DNA of 64,000 bases from Octopus sinensis (Eukaryota): contig NC_042999.1 of assembly GCF_006345805.1 (NCBI RefSeq), forward strand, positions 140,058,001 through 140,122,000. The letters run 5' to 3'. Of this stretch, positions 1-13,390 are shown piece after piece. The translations under genes were made by a program, and so were the position numbers. Below the pieces are notes generated by a model. The model had not been told where the DNA came from, did not search any database, and saw only the letters and a program-made list of their open reading frames with translations. Position 1 is the stretch's first letter, and the number at the start of each line of letters is the position of its first letter.

Positions 1-690
1 ACACAAATTTGTAGTGCAATATATGGGTTCATATCCATATCACACAATATATGGATTCATATCCTTTATCACACAAAGCTCCTCTAGCAGACTCAGCTAG
101 CAGGCCACATTGTAATCCAATCTGGAAGAGTATAACGCAGAGTTCCCTGCAGCTGAAATTCAGGAGATCCAATTGATAAAATTATTTCATGAGAAGTGTA
201 TAAACCATAAAATATCAGGAGGTATGAGAGGTAAATATATTTAACTACTTGTCATCCTTAGGATTACACCCATTTTGCAGCCTTCATCATGTAATAATAA
301 TTTCAGTGCATATAATGTTTACATATCTGCTGTAACATGCATGTTATGCGTTATATAATTGTATGTTTACAAATCCATGATGCCTGGCTTTTTATGGTTT
401 ATATACTCTTCATGAAATACTCGCTTTGATCAGATGTCCTGGATTTCAGCTGCATAGAACTCTGTGTGTGTGTGTGTGTGTACGCTAGATAAAACATTTT
501 TGATAAAGCCAGAACAACTCAAAATGAAATACAAAGTGAACTACAAAAGTGAAAACAGAACAATAGTTGAAGTTTTACCTTGTGTTTTCATGTGACTCCT
601 TCCTCAAAGCTGTTGTCTTGTTTTCACTTTTGTTGTTTTTTTCATCTAATTCAGCAGCTCACAATGCTTCATCCTAATTCCTAATTATCC

Positions 691-697
691 TATATAT

Positions 698-749
<52 letters not shown>
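691..749. repeat. (TA)n microsatellite
   Basis: Near-pure TA dinucleotide run seen directly. Confidence 0.95.
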
Positions 750-751
<2 letters not shown>

Positions 752-1049
752 AAATCAGAAAATGGAGAAATACATCTAAATCATTAATCAACTACCAGAT
801 AATACCCAATCACATACTTTATTAAACCACTACATAAGAACATTAAGGTTAAACATAAAAATATATAATATGTACCTATTGTATTGTATTACTCATTCAT
901 GTACGCTGTTTTGTTATATATTATATATATAGCAGTATATTGGATATATGTTATCCCATGGAGGGTTGAATTTGCAACCCCTATCTCAATTTGTATATAT
1001 ATAAATATATATAAATTTGTTAAAGCATATTACAATTGTTCAATCAAAA

Positions 1050-2130
1050 AGAATGCTTACTCATTAAACACAAGTGAGAATTCTTCAATAATCTGTAGCA
1101 CAAACATTTCTCAGGGAATCTCAGTGTTGTTAGTGCTTAGAGTCTCAGTACTTAGAAAGCTTGGTTTAACCTGTAACCACTTTATAAGATGCCCAATGTG
1201 TTAGGGATATATAATTGTGAAAGCAACCAAATCTTGCATTGCCCTCATTTCTAAGTAAATGTAAGCTGTGATTGGCTTACATCAGAACTACTTGACATCC
1301 AGCCTAGACTTTTTGAAATCAGCTTTCTTTCTTGGGTTTTAGCAATTCTTTGCTTGATTGTAGTTATAATATTCCATGCTAAGATCATTAATGTCTGAGA
1401 AGTAACTCATCAAATTAGCACTTAGTAACTCATCAAATTAGCACTTAGAACTCCCTACTCCCTTTTTTTTTTCTTAAGTTATTTCTACAGGTAATGTTTT
1501 ACCTTTCCATCAAAACTTTTCTCTTGGTTACTGCTTTCAACACAGCAACTCCAAATTGATAATTTCTTCTAAATAACATGAGCTTTCCTTTGGTTCTAAC
1601 AATGCTCATATCTTGTACCAATATAATCAAATCATTGAGAAGACTGGAAATATCAGCCAAATATCCCAGGCTAACAATAAAATATTCATCTTCAAAATTC
1701 TTTTCAAGAGAAAATTGTTAATGCATAAGAAATTCAATAACTATATCCTGATGTCACATCTGTGTGGTACCTTAAATCACAAAGTTCAACTCCAGTCCCA
1801 CCACATCTACTAATTAAGTTGACTGCACAACTTTAGTATCACTTTTTTTTTACTTTTCTTTGATATTGTTTTGGAGGTCAAAGCTGGGTGACAATAGAAT
1901 GCAGCAAATCTGGAGCTTTCTCCTTGACCAGGGTATCAAATCCAGATTTCTTGCCAATCATAGCAGAGGTTCATCTGTAGAACCAATCAAGTTCTATGAG
2001 AGCTAATGCAACCAAAGAACAGTTGGATTGACCCCATCTGCTGGCATTGGTTGGATAGGTCATAACAGTTTGAGTCAGTTCTTATTCAGAGACATTGTCC
2101 TCAAAGCTGGATTGTGAAACCATGTCTCAC
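1050..2130 (-). mobile_element. Decayed hAT (Charlie/Buster-like) transposase fragment
   Basis: Minus-strand translation with frameshifts gives STD...AMIGKKSGFDTLVKEKAPD (about 1900-1985) and GYLADISSLLNDL (about 1620-1670), matching the TDGA.AM.G and LAYL.DIF..LN motifs of Charlie-type transposases. Boundaries approximate. Confidence 0.65.
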
Positions 2131-4029
2131 TCAAATATTTCAAATTTGACATGTTTTTTTTTTTAGAAACTCTTTCTTACACAAAATCCTTTTGCACAAT
2201 GTACTGGGTGTATTTCATTGTGGCACTAGTACTAGAGACGTTTCTCATATCCTCTACAAGACAAGACTTAGGGCTTCACTGCCCTGCACTTGTTTGTAAA
2301 CCTTTTTAGAGTGCACTGGGTACATTTTTATTGTGACACTAGCACTAGTCTGTTGCTTTGTATCCTGTGAAACATAATGGGTTCTCTTACTGCTCTATAT
2401 TGTCTTTGTTTGGCTAATAAAGTGAGTAGAAGAGAGGGCAATTGCAGAATATAAATTAGAATAAAAGGAGGAAAAAAGCAAGAGTGTAAAGAGAGAGACA
2501 GTGTGATTACGCTGACAGTATGGAAAAGAACGTAGGGAAGGGACAGATAGTGCTGGAAGGTGTAATGGCAGGGTGTAAAGAGACAGTGATGGTAGAGGGT
2601 AATGAGAAAGAGTAAGTGATAGATAGTTGTTAAATGGTCAGTGGTAAAAATGAAAGGTATAGCAACAAAATGTAAGGTATAGCAACAAGTGACCTAAAGA
2701 GGAGGGTAGCAATATAGTAAAGAAGGTACATGTGCAGAGTAGGTGAGATGGTGATGGTAAGAGAGTGATGGGTATCTGAGGGAGAGGAAGTAAAAGCTGG
2801 AACATGTATCATAATGGGAAAGTGAAATTTATGGGGGCAAAATATTTGCTGATAGAAGAGAGAGAGTTAGGGGAGGTGCATCACATACTAACAATGCTTA
2901 TGTATTCTTTCATTACTTGGTCATCATGAGGAGAGAGAGGCACAAAATATTGATAGTAAATACTGATAAGAGAGTGACACACAGATGTACAAATGAAAAA
3001 AGGGGGTATTCAACATGTTTGTAGTATTTATATATATTTGTATCAAAAGGTTGTTTTACTTGAAGTTTCAGAGATGTAAGAAAAACACCATTGATTGTTT
3101 ATATGCTTAGTTCTGAGTGACCAGACTTTCATAGCTTCTATGTAAGCTGATTGTCATTGGATGATGAATAAGGTTCATGTGATGATGAATAAGGTTCTTC
3201 TGATATTTGTTGTAGCAGATAAGGGTTACTATCAACTGCTGAATGCTATTGTGTAAGGCTGCTAGTAGTTAGTAATTGAATCAATTGCTGACAATTGATG
3301 CTGTGCGGGAGGTAGCTGATGGCCAGAAGTAGTCCCCACTGTCCTGGTGAGATATATTCCAGTATTAAGAATTAAGTTTATGGGAGATTATGGAAGTATT
3401 ATGAAAGTTTCCGGAAGTTATTATTAACAACTAATGACTTGCAGTTAGCCTCATTGTTGGTAGTAGGGACACAGTTCATATTTTATGTAAAGAAAAGCAG
3501 TGAGTTATGGATATATGTGAAGCAAAAGCTTTTGAGATGCTATTGCCTGCTGGTGGTTTAAAGATAACTAGTAGAAAGCCCTGTTGTTGTGGCAGCAAAA
3601 TATCAGCTTGGTGTTGTTAAGGGATACAGCTGGGAGTAGAGAGAGAATACTGTGTATGTGTGTGATCAACAACAATAGTAATATTATGATAGTAAGGAGA
3701 GTGAGCTATTAATGGATAATGCTGGTGGTGAGTGAAAGTAAGGGAGAGACTGATGAATATCAATAATGAGTGACTGGAGATAGGGAGAGGAAGGGATGGT
3801 TAGCAGTACAGAAGGGTGATGGATGGAAAGTTTAATAGAGATAGACTTGAAAAGCTCTTCTCTTGATGACATGAGATAGTGACATGGTGTAGTGAATAGG
3901 AAAGAGAGTGAGTAGTAGGTAAGAGGATAATGAAGAAGGGAGGGGCAGTAGATGGAGATGTAACAGAAAGTTAATGGATAAACTTAATGGACACAACTAT
4001 ATACATTACACACTCCATTCTTCAATACT

Positions 4030-5545
4030 ATCCCATTTTAACATTCATTTTGCCTCAGATGCATGTATGGGCATGTCTTCTGTGGTACCACATCACCACT
4101 TGTCATAGTCCTTTTTCATCTCCTTTGTGAGGCTCAGCATTCTGTGATCAGTATTTACTACTTCAACTTAGGAATTCTTAAGTCACCCTCTTTCACAGGT
4201 TCCATTCATTTTGAGTATGCAAACACTTCCTTATTCAACTGACATCCTCCATGCTCAACTCATTCCCATACAAGCTCAGTTTTCTGTCTTGCATACTACA
4301 ACTGTTTCCTCTTATGTCCAAATTTTCTCCCAAGCTTATTCATACACCATAACATTACACATCTGACAGAACATGCTCACTTTATTTATTTCTAGTCTTC
4401 ATAAATCCTCACTACTCAAGGTTCATGTCTTACTAACTATCTATAACATCACACTTCATACACTACTTTCATATAATCTGCCCCTTTCTCTAAAAAACAA
4501 ATCCTAAATTACCAGTTGAGATAACAGATTCCTGAGATTCCTTGTTCTTTCAGAAAACCTGCTTCTGCTAATAATTTGATCACTTTGGTAGCTATCAACT
4601 ATTTTTAGGGAGCCTATTTAGAAGAATCTATTATGGTCTACTACTATTATTACTGGCTACTATGAAACTGCTGAATACAAAACCTTCTTTGTTAGCCTAC
4701 CTCTGATCCTACAACACTATTTGTGTGCGTATAGTTTACATTGTATACACTGTATTGAATTCCTACCAACTCCTTTTCTACATACCAAGCACAGCCATTC
4801 CCCTGAGGGTAATGAAATCCTATATCCTTTCTTGCTTACTAAAACTTTGCTTTGGAGCCTCTCAATTCTAGGTTTCCTGTCCTGGAAATTCTTTTCTTAG
4901 GTTTAGTTATAAGAAGTAGATCATCAGTGTATGATATTTCCCTCTAATAGTCTGTCAACCCATAATTGAGGGGTTTAACCCCTCAATTATTGGTTGATGG
5001 ATGTTAATAAACAGAAATGAGACTAAGAGCTGACATCTGATGGACCTCAGCTTGCGCACTATATTCCCTGTTAACCCAATTGCTGATTCACACTTTATTG
5101 ACTGCACCTTTGTTCATCATTTGTGCAGCTCTTACAATCCTTTTTTATCTGCATTCTTGTTTCTTTAGCAACTATCAAACTACGTACTGTGTAACCCTGT
5201 CAAAAGCCTTCTCCAGATCAATGAATGTTAGATATAGGGAATTACTCTTAGCCAAGTACTTCTCTGATAGTCTCCTCACTAGGAAGGACACCATCAAGAG
5301 CATTACTTCCCAGCACAAAGCCAAACTGCATCTCATCCCAGCTTATCACTTATGCTATAACTCTTTCCATAACTTTCATAACCTGATCCATCAGTTTGAT
5401 GACTCTAGACCTCTCTCTCTCTCTAGCGCATACCTTTAGCTCTACCAGTCATTGGATCTGACACCTTTTACTACCCGATTGACTGTGAATAACAAGCATG
5501 TGATTTTCTTTGCTAGATATCTTCAGCATCTCAGTGACTTCTTTC
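4030..5545 (-). mobile_element. Decayed RTE-clade LINE, RT domain to 3' end
   Basis: Minus-strand remnants of KLMDQVMKVMERVI, LVRRLSEKYLAKSNSLYLTFIDLEKAFDRV, a degenerate YADD motif and the C-terminal MLSLTKEM segment. Many stops and frameshifts. Confidence 0.8.
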
Positions 5546-6314
5546 TCTAGCTGTCTTCCTTGTTTTCATATCCTACTGTTGTTGACTTCAATGGCTTGTT
5601 CCTCTGTTGTGCTAGCATAGCTAAAAATGGTTTGGTTGAGCAGCCAATTCCAAACAGTATTTTTGGGTGTAGTAGCAATTCTGATCTATTGCAATGTAAA
5701 AAAAAATTAGATTTTTTTGTCTGGAAAGTAAAGATGCCAGACAAAATTCCCCCACCCACCACAAATGTATTCATTAAAAGATTTGTCGACCATCATTTCT
5801 ACATAAGCACTTGTAATTAATAATAGCATTGGTATAAATGCATTTAGTTTATAAAGAAGGGAAATAATCCATTAAGTCTTATAAGTATACAATCAGTATA
5901 AATGAACAAAGAATATTAAAACTTTTATGCTAGTATTAATTGCCAACTGATAATAGTAATCCCAGGATTAGGTCAAGGAGGAATTTGAGGGAAGCAGTCA
6001 AATGCAAATTGAATTCTAAGACTGTCTCAAACTTTTACAGAGCATGAAGCTTTGTGGTATCTCATCCCTTAATTGACTCCATACAGTTTCCCTATATTTT
6101 TATTAGTGGGCTAAAAGCTAACAGCAGGAAGTAACTTCATCTTTTCTTATTCTGTTATCTTTCAAAGTGCCAGTCCAGAAGAAATTAATTATTAGGTTAA
6201 TAACTACACTATTTTTTCTTTCCTTCCCCAGGTAAATAGGTTTAAAAAAAAGTGTGGTGCTAGTTTCTAAAAGGAGAAAGAAAGGCTGGAGAGGAAGGTA
6301 TCAAACCAACCTAC

Positions 6315-6341
6315 CTGACACCATTCCATGATACAAGCTTT
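6315..6341 (-). CDS. Candidate 27-nt internal exon (KLVSWNGV, phase 2-2) of an unidentified host gene
   Basis: Acceptor ctcactttaaaacag and donor CAG|gtaggt. Phase-compatible with the 14021-14048 exon. No homology recognised. Confidence 0.4.
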
Positions 6342-7600
6342 CTGTTTTAAAGTGAGCTAAACTATAGCTTTCAATGAAATTTCATGTTAATTTGTGCTTC
6401 AAACACCAGCTTAATCATGATAAGTTGTTATCAAATACTTTGAGATTTTCAAAATTGAGTGTATTTTGACAGAAATTTGGTAACAAAAGGGTTTTAAAAA
6501 GAGTGAAAGTATGAACGGGCATCATTGAAATATCTCATTTGAAAAGAATCTACAATTACTAAAGTTTGAAGCAGGTTTTTAATCTCAACCATCAAGTTTA
6601 AATGATTCTTCAACTTCAAGCAATTTATCAGCCCTGTTTCATAAAGATAATCAGTCTGATTAGGTGAATATCATTTGGGGGGCGTTTAATTAATGACAAG
6701 CCAAATCTGTGATATGGGTTTGATTTTCAGTTAAGCCATTTCATTTCACTTATTGGTCATAATTTTTGATTTCTGACTTTAGAGCTTGGAGAGGGACATG
6801 CTTTACTAATTTGACTAGCTCTTGATATTCTTACATAGAGCCATCCTGATATATTTACATGAAACTTTTAATAATCACCGAACAGCATTTCCAAAGATCA
6901 GCTCTGATAGAGCAGACCTGTGATCAAAAATGTCCCAACCCATGCGTCTATCATGGCCATCCCCTATCCCTTTTTTCAGACTGAGTGTATCCTAGGCTAC
7001 ACCATCTGATGTCTTCTAACTTTTAAGACAAAGTATGATTTAAGTAAAGTATGATTTATTTGGCTGCAATTTCTAGTAAGTTGAAAGATATTTTAGCAAT
7101 TTGTTAGGACTGAAATATTTTCTGGTTTTGAACAGGAAATCTAGTTTAGCTAATGTGACTTAGCTACTTATAGCATATGATGTCTTCATTAAAAGTTGTA
7201 GTGTCTTTCTGATGTTGCTGGATAATCCAGATACATCTGTTTTCATGTAACTGGTAAAATACCAGGTGTATTTTATTTATTTATTTATTTCTGTAAACGT
7301 CAGTTTCCCATACAAAATATTTCATCCAATCTTTCTTCTTTAATCACGACAACTTTTCTGAACTTCCATTTTACATATGTTTCTCCTTGCCAATCTGAAA
7401 GGGCTTGTAAGGAGTACAAAACCTGTAATGCCAGATCTTTTAGGATTGAAGACACATGTTTTATAAGACTGATTGCTATTAGATGACAATACTCATGAAG
7501 AAAGGGGGCGACAAAGTTATTACTCTTTAGGGGTTGATGTTCAAGGAAATAGAATATAAAAATGGTGATAAAAAGAAACGATTTTGTTCACTTTTTTTTA

Positions 7601-8194
7601 TATTCTTTTACTTGTTTCAGTCATTTGATTGTGGCCATGCTGGAGCACTACCTTTTAGTTGAAGAAATTGACCCCAGGACTTAGTCTTTGTAAGCATGGT
7701 ACTTATTCTATTGGTCTCTTTTGTCGAACTGCTAAGTTACAGGAATGTAAACACACCAACATCAGTTGTCAAGTGATGGGGAGCGGGGGGCAGACATAGA
7801 CACAAATACATTGTGCCTGAATCTCCTCAGCCAAATCTGCCAGGAACAGCTACTAGAATTTGTACCTGCCATACCTGTAAATTCATTTGAAGTGGTTAAA
7901 TACCATTTAAACAGATGAGTGGATTTTGTAGACGGAAACTGAAAGAAGCCCGTTTTGCTTAACCATTTTCTCACACCGTCCCTGATGAAGGAATATAAAA
8001 AATATCCTGGAAACAGCTGTAAGAAAATGGGTAAGCAAAACGGGCTTCTTTCAGTTTCCGTCTACCAAATCCACTCACACGGCTTTGATTGGCCCAAGGC
8101 TATACTAGAAGAAACTTGCCCATGGTGCCTCACAGTGGGACTGAATCTGCAACCATGTGGTTGGGAAGCGAGCTTCTTACCACACAGCCACTCC
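7601..8194 (-). mobile_element. tRNA-derived SINE (abundant family in this window) with an internal insertion and inverted duplication
   Basis: Matches the copies at 30325, 42400 and 59439 (tacttgtttcagtcatttga...ccacacagccactcc). About 230 bp of extra sequence at roughly 7810-8040. Confidence 0.9.
7978..8024 (+). ncRNA. Degenerate minimal type I hammerhead motif (Penelope-type, palindromic stem III)
   Basis: CTGATGA-AGGAATAT/ATATCCT-g-GAAA-CAGCTG-TA. The core boxes are intact, but the stem I and stem II closing pairs are broken, so it is probably inactive. Confidence 0.55.
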
Positions 8195-9300
8195 CTATAG
8201 TTTTATTATACTCCTTCTCTATAATAATCTCAAAGTGTCTTATGTATTTACTCTGTTTTGTATAATCACTTTACAAAAATTTATTTGTTATCTCCCTATT
8301 TTATATTTTTTCTTAATCTTTTTGTATTCCCTATACTTCTCAATTCAAGTCTGTAGTTTTCATGTTTCAATCATTACCATCATCATCTTCAACTCTTCAC
8401 TTTTCACCATCCCTTTTCTCACACTTATTTTCTATTTGCCTCAATAGACTGTTGTGTGGATTGAAAGCTTGTTTATTGATTTGTCATGCAGATTGCATGT
8501 CATAAGGAGTGTAGGATAAGGCATTAACTATTAGTCTGTTGATGCAGCTGTTGTTCTTGTGTGTTGTGAGTACATGGAATATGCAATGCAAATAAAAGAA
8601 AATAAGGGACTATGTCTGAATAGAAAGTGCATTACGGTTAGGTTGTGCAGTGGTAAGACAAAGATAATCAATCCAGAGAAAGAGATTGTGTGGGATGCTG
8701 TACATTATCTGCAAAATATAAACATGGATGTATTTAGCATTTACTCTGACATGGAACTTTATTTGTTATTTATACATTTATTTGTATTTTAACATTTCTT
8801 TTTGTAAACATGCCTATTGTTATATTTTTTCTGTGTTAGTCATGCCTTTTAAATTATGTAGTTATTGTCGGCTGATTCAGTAGATGGCCAGACTAGTGAC
8901 CAAAAGAATGAGTATTCATATTCTGTCACTGGAACCTTGTGTTTGCTAAAATTGCACCCAGTAGGCCAACTCTTATCAGTTCAGTTCACAAGAAGTATTG
9001 TTCCTCTGTTTTTACTTAAGGGATATTGTAATTAATAGATATTTCATTAACTTGCAGTGTTGAGCTCAAATAAGCAAAACTTGCTGTAGAATAGCCCAGA
9101 CAGTGAAATATCTTTCTATATCTTGCTACTTTGAAAACTGAGATAAACTTCTGCGGATCATAACACTTTCTGATGGTAGCTATCATAAATATAAAGAAAA
9201 ATATAAAAAGAATTATGTAACAACAGTATATTACTATATGTTGTAAACCTATTTTATCATCATGGTACAGAGTAGACAAGGTATTAGTCTGCCTATATTT

Positions 9301-9572
9301 TAGGATGAGACGAAGCCTAAGAATTGCATACGACAGATAATAATTCATTGTATTTACTCATAGACTGTAGTATCTTGTGCTACAACACAACAAAACTTTA
9401 GAGAATAGACTTATCATTATCGTCGTCATTTAAGCAGACGTTAAACGACAATGATGATGATAAGTCTATTCTTTAAAGTTTTGTTGTGTTGTAGCACAAG
9501 ATACTTCAGTCTATGAGTATACACAAGGAATTATTATCTGTCTTCTGCCATTCTTAGGCTTCATCTCTACCC
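9301..9572. repeat. Long imperfect palindrome (arms about 130 bp, 7-nt spacer gcagacg at 9434-9440)
   Basis: 9301-9433 is the reverse complement of about 9441-9572, e.g. gtatcttgtgctacaacacaacaaaacttta versus taaagttttgttgtgttgtagcacaagatac. Confidence 0.9.
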
Positions 9573-9699
9573 AGAGAAAAAGACAATAGACATTTGAATC
9601 AATAGCATAGTGGTAACTAAGAGTTTGGAGGATCATATATTATCACAGTTGGCAGCAGGTTGGATCTGTAGTTAAAATGCTTAACTCACAAATGACTCG

Positions 9700-10030
9700 G
9701 TTGATTTACCAGTAAATAGCTAATGTAGAGTAAAATTAAATGGGTGCTGTGATTAATGCTGAAACAGCTGACTCCACTAAAACCTGCGTTAGTGTTGCTA
9801 CTAACCCTTTCAAATCTCACTACAATCAACATCCCCATTCATTTAGAAACTTCCCTAGAGGTAATGTCACTTCACTTTCAAATTATATTCAGGAATTAAA
9901 GAATAAATATAACGCTTACAATTTAAGTTGGAAAATTCTCACCACAGCCATATCTTACATAAGAAATGAAAAAACCCTATAACATTTGTACTGCAGAAGT
10001 ATATGAAATTATCTCAACATGTCTTTTATT
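9700..10030 (+). mobile_element. Penelope-like element, GIY-YIG endonuclease fragment
   Basis: ORF 9740-9982 (TNPFKSHYNQHPHSFRN...TSLSNYIQELKNK...YNLSWKIL), followed by NICTAEVYEII, resembles the PLE GIY-YIG C-terminal pattern (F..RY..H..SF, T.LS.YIW.LK, C.LC..EK). Confidence 0.75.
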
Positions 10031-10727
10031 CTTGATAGATAATCATCAGAGATATATATGAACTAATACTTGCATTTCTAATTTCACATGAAGCCTAAAA
10101 CTATTTAGCTATTGAACACCTACAGATATACTCATTTAGTTATTGAGTATATCTCTTATTCTACAATTAATTTTATAGTTTTGTATATTCTGAGAAATTA
10201 ATTTTCATACCTGTGCATGTTCTTCTCTTCCAGTTCACTTTTACTTACCCAATCTTAATTATAGAAACATGTTTTTAATGAATGTATGTATCTATTTATT
10301 TTTGAATGCATCAGCTATTTCATATTTATGTATTCTCTCTCTAACCTTGCTTTATTCATTTTTATATACTCTGTACATCTATACAATTTTTAACCTATGC
10401 CTTACACTTGGCCCCAAATCTAATTTCTTCTTATCCCATGCCAGCATAGAAAATAGATGTTAAATGATGATGATGATGATAACTATATTACACATTTTTC
10501 TTACTATCCTTTTTTTACCTTGATATCCACTCTACTGTCATATGGAATTGCAAAGTCAAAGACTTTACATTGTTTTTCTGTTCTTCACATTCATTTCTAG
10601 TCTCTTTTATTCAGTGATCATTCTTTATGGAGAAATTTCATAAAATTTGGTAATTATCATTCACTTCTACCTTTCACAAGAAAGGCAGAAGTGAATGATA
10701 ATTACCTTGTGAAAGGTAGATGAGTCC

Positions 10728-10955
10728 AGTTTGCTGGACATTGTTGTAGAGCTGAAAACGAGGTAATTTCTACTCTTCTCCCCTGGAAGCCATCTACTTG
10801 CGATACCAGAGGGCGCACACTCTCCTACCCTGATGTAATCTCCAGGGATACAGGCATCCAGCAACAGGACCTCCGTAATGCTATGATGGACCGTGAAGTC
10901 TGGCGTAACATAGTAAATTCCATTGTCTCAACCACGGTCAATGATGATCATCATT
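10728..10955 (+). mobile_element. 3' end of an RTE/RTE-X-like LINE
   Basis: Translates FAGHCCRAENEVISTLLPWKP...LSYPDVISRDTG...LRNAMMDREVWR, followed by a short ATG-repeat tail. Confidence 0.75.
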
Positions 10956-11552
10956 CACTATGGCAATGTGTGGTTTGTGTTCATACCACTTTTATGTTAC
11001 TTGAAATCTACAGACTTGACTAGCATTCCAATCACTCTTTTACTGCCACACTCATATCTACATTTGTATTAGCTTACTGCATTCACTTAAAAAAATAGTT
11101 AATACTTCATCCCTTTCTCTACACATTCTGCGTTTGCTGTCCTGTCTGAGTTCTACACATTTTGTCTGTATCAAATTCATTCCAGTAGCTTATTCCTCAG
11201 CACCTATAATTCACAATTCAGTTCCTCAATTCTAGTTTCCATTTATTATTTACAACCACTGTTCTTCTCTTTTCAACTATTTAGCTCATCATTCTTTCAA
11301 TTTTTAAAATCTCTTTCTGTTTCAATGACTTCTTTGATATTTATAGCTGCTGACAGTAGCCTTTCCACACTATGTGCAACATAAGTTTTCAAATTTAGGA
11401 TTTGTGATGTCTGTTACATTTAACAAACCTGTCTTCTTCCATTCTTAGTAAACAGAGCCTGTTGATACTACTTTTATGGTGGTGCATTTTATGCATTGTG
11501 AGTTCCTAGTTTACTTCTATCCATTTCTTCTTATTATTATTATCATTATTAA

Positions 11553-11850
11553 GGTGACAAGCTGGAAGAACCATTAGCATGATTTGGTTGTGCAGTGGTA
11601 AGACAAAGATAATCAATCCGGAGAGAGAGATTGTGTGGGATGCTGTACATTATCTGCAAAATGTTTAGCAGCATCTCTTCTGGTTCTTTACATTCCAAAT
11701 TCAAATTCTACTGAGGTCAGCTTTGTTTTTCCACTAATTCGAGGCCAGTAAAATAAGTACCAGTTGAGCACCAGGGTCGATATATTTGACTTATCCTTTC
11801 CTCTAAAGTTGCTGGCCTTGTACCAAAATTTGAAATCATTATTAAGATTA
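11553..11850 (+). mobile_element. Second tRNA-derived SINE family copy, interrupted by a 77-bp insertion
   Basis: Head ggtgacaagctggaagaaccattagc and body aaataagtaccagttgagcaccagggtcgat match the fragments at about 42190-42350 and 60290-60530. Confidence 0.75.
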
Positions 11851-12612
11851 GTACAATCTTTATTCTTAATATTATATTATATATATTGTAGGTTTTGAGA
11901 ATAAGTGTAGTAACTTAGCGCCTTTATTTTTTAATTTTTTACTTTTCAATGTTTTTTTACTTTTGTATTTATTTCATATTTTGTATCTCTTGAGATATTA
12001 ATCATAGTAGCTGTTAATTTGTGTGTTTCTTTAAGTATTTATATATTTATCTAAGGTTTATTTTATACTTGATGAGTCTAGAGGAAGGGAGAGCATTCAT
12101 GACGTTTGTAGGCTCTCTGAGACCAGTTGAGTCTGATGCTGTTAATGCTCTGTTTAAACTGTTGAAAGTCAAAACTTGCAAGAAAAAGCATGAGCAGTGA
12201 TATTTTAGAGAACCAATATTCTATGGGAGAAGGACTTAGGGGTTAGTGTGGAACATAGAGGGATTGGACACTGCAAGGGTGATGAGAGGTGAAGAGAGGA
12301 GGAAGACGCTGGAGCTTATCTGTGAGTGATTTAATACCAATCAGCTAAATGCTCTTCTGTTGATGTCATCTAAGATATCTGTGTGCATGACTCCCAGGTG
12401 TGAGAACAATGCTTCATTGTGAGTGCCATAAGTTTTGTAGAATGTCAGCAATTGTTGGGGCTGAAATATTTTCTGGCCTTGAAGAGAAACACCAGTCTTT
12501 GAGATGCATATGATTCTATAGATTCTACATATTTGTGTGACTACATATGTGTATGAATATGTATGTGTCTGTGTGTGTATGTGCATACACACATGCACAC
12601 AAACACACACAC

Positions 12613-13390
12613 TTGTTCTGCTGGGCAAGAGTGGAGCCACCAGTTTTCCCCCTGCATCTGAGGAGAGGGCCTCTAGAGTACATGTTCAGTAGCTGTCTAA
12701 AAACTTTCACTGCAAGGCTGCTGCTGGAGGCCTGACCGGGTCCTGTGGGACATAACAGACACCAGCTGCAGTAGAATTAGTCTTTGTAGGTGCCTCTACT
12801 TAACACAACAGACTATTTCATTTACAAAGGCTAGTGTGAGGATGATGCCAGCTACCAGGTCGATTTCCCAGGGTCTATAGCAATGTCACAAGACCAGCTA
12901 ACTGAAAGTCAGATTAAGGAAGCAAACAAACTTCCCAGAAACTGTTGGCTTCAACATCACGGGTGGCTCAGTTAGCACTTCTCATTCCTTGAGAGGACTA
13001 TATTGAGGGTGTGATGAATGAAAGAGAATGAAATATATTGAGCTGGTGGAGTTATGTTGAAACAATGGATGGCAAACAGTGTGATCCCACTGAGGTGGGA
13101 TTTAGAGGGTTTGCTAGCCAGTTCTTCTGTAGAGCCTACAATGTGCTAAGCATCACAGGGGCCAGTTGGCGAAAGGCCATCAAGTTGACTGTGGAAACAG
13201 CAAAGGTTGCTTCATAATGGCTGTGTAGATGAGAGGAGTTGTGAGCCCTGAAAAATATATTGCTAACTGGATACAAGTTGAGGCTTAATCAACCCTAGCT
13301 GAGTCACCTGGCTGCAGGTGTCTAACTGTTGAAAGATTGAAAACATCCATTCATCCCAAGGAACATCACTGACAATGTGTCCAGATACAT
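12613..13390 (+). mobile_element. 5'-truncated, decayed HERO-like RLE non-LTR retrotransposon
   Basis: Remnant CCHC knuckle (PLEYMFSSC...CWRPDRVL) and RLE C-terminus (MKYIELVELC.NNGWQT...EVGFRGFASQFFCRAYNVLSITGA..RKAIK...AS.WL), then a 3' UTR. Confidence 0.75.

Noticed and set aside
1401-1448. Short tandem duplications (23 bp here, 21 bp at about 3161-3198, and a short one near 42040-42075)
   Set aside because: These are ordinary slippage events.
9016-9348. 110-aa minus-strand ORF as a mirrored Penelope fragment
   Set aside because: Beyond the palindrome arm it has no nucleotide similarity to the plus-strand GIY-YIG fragment, and the motif resemblance is too weak.
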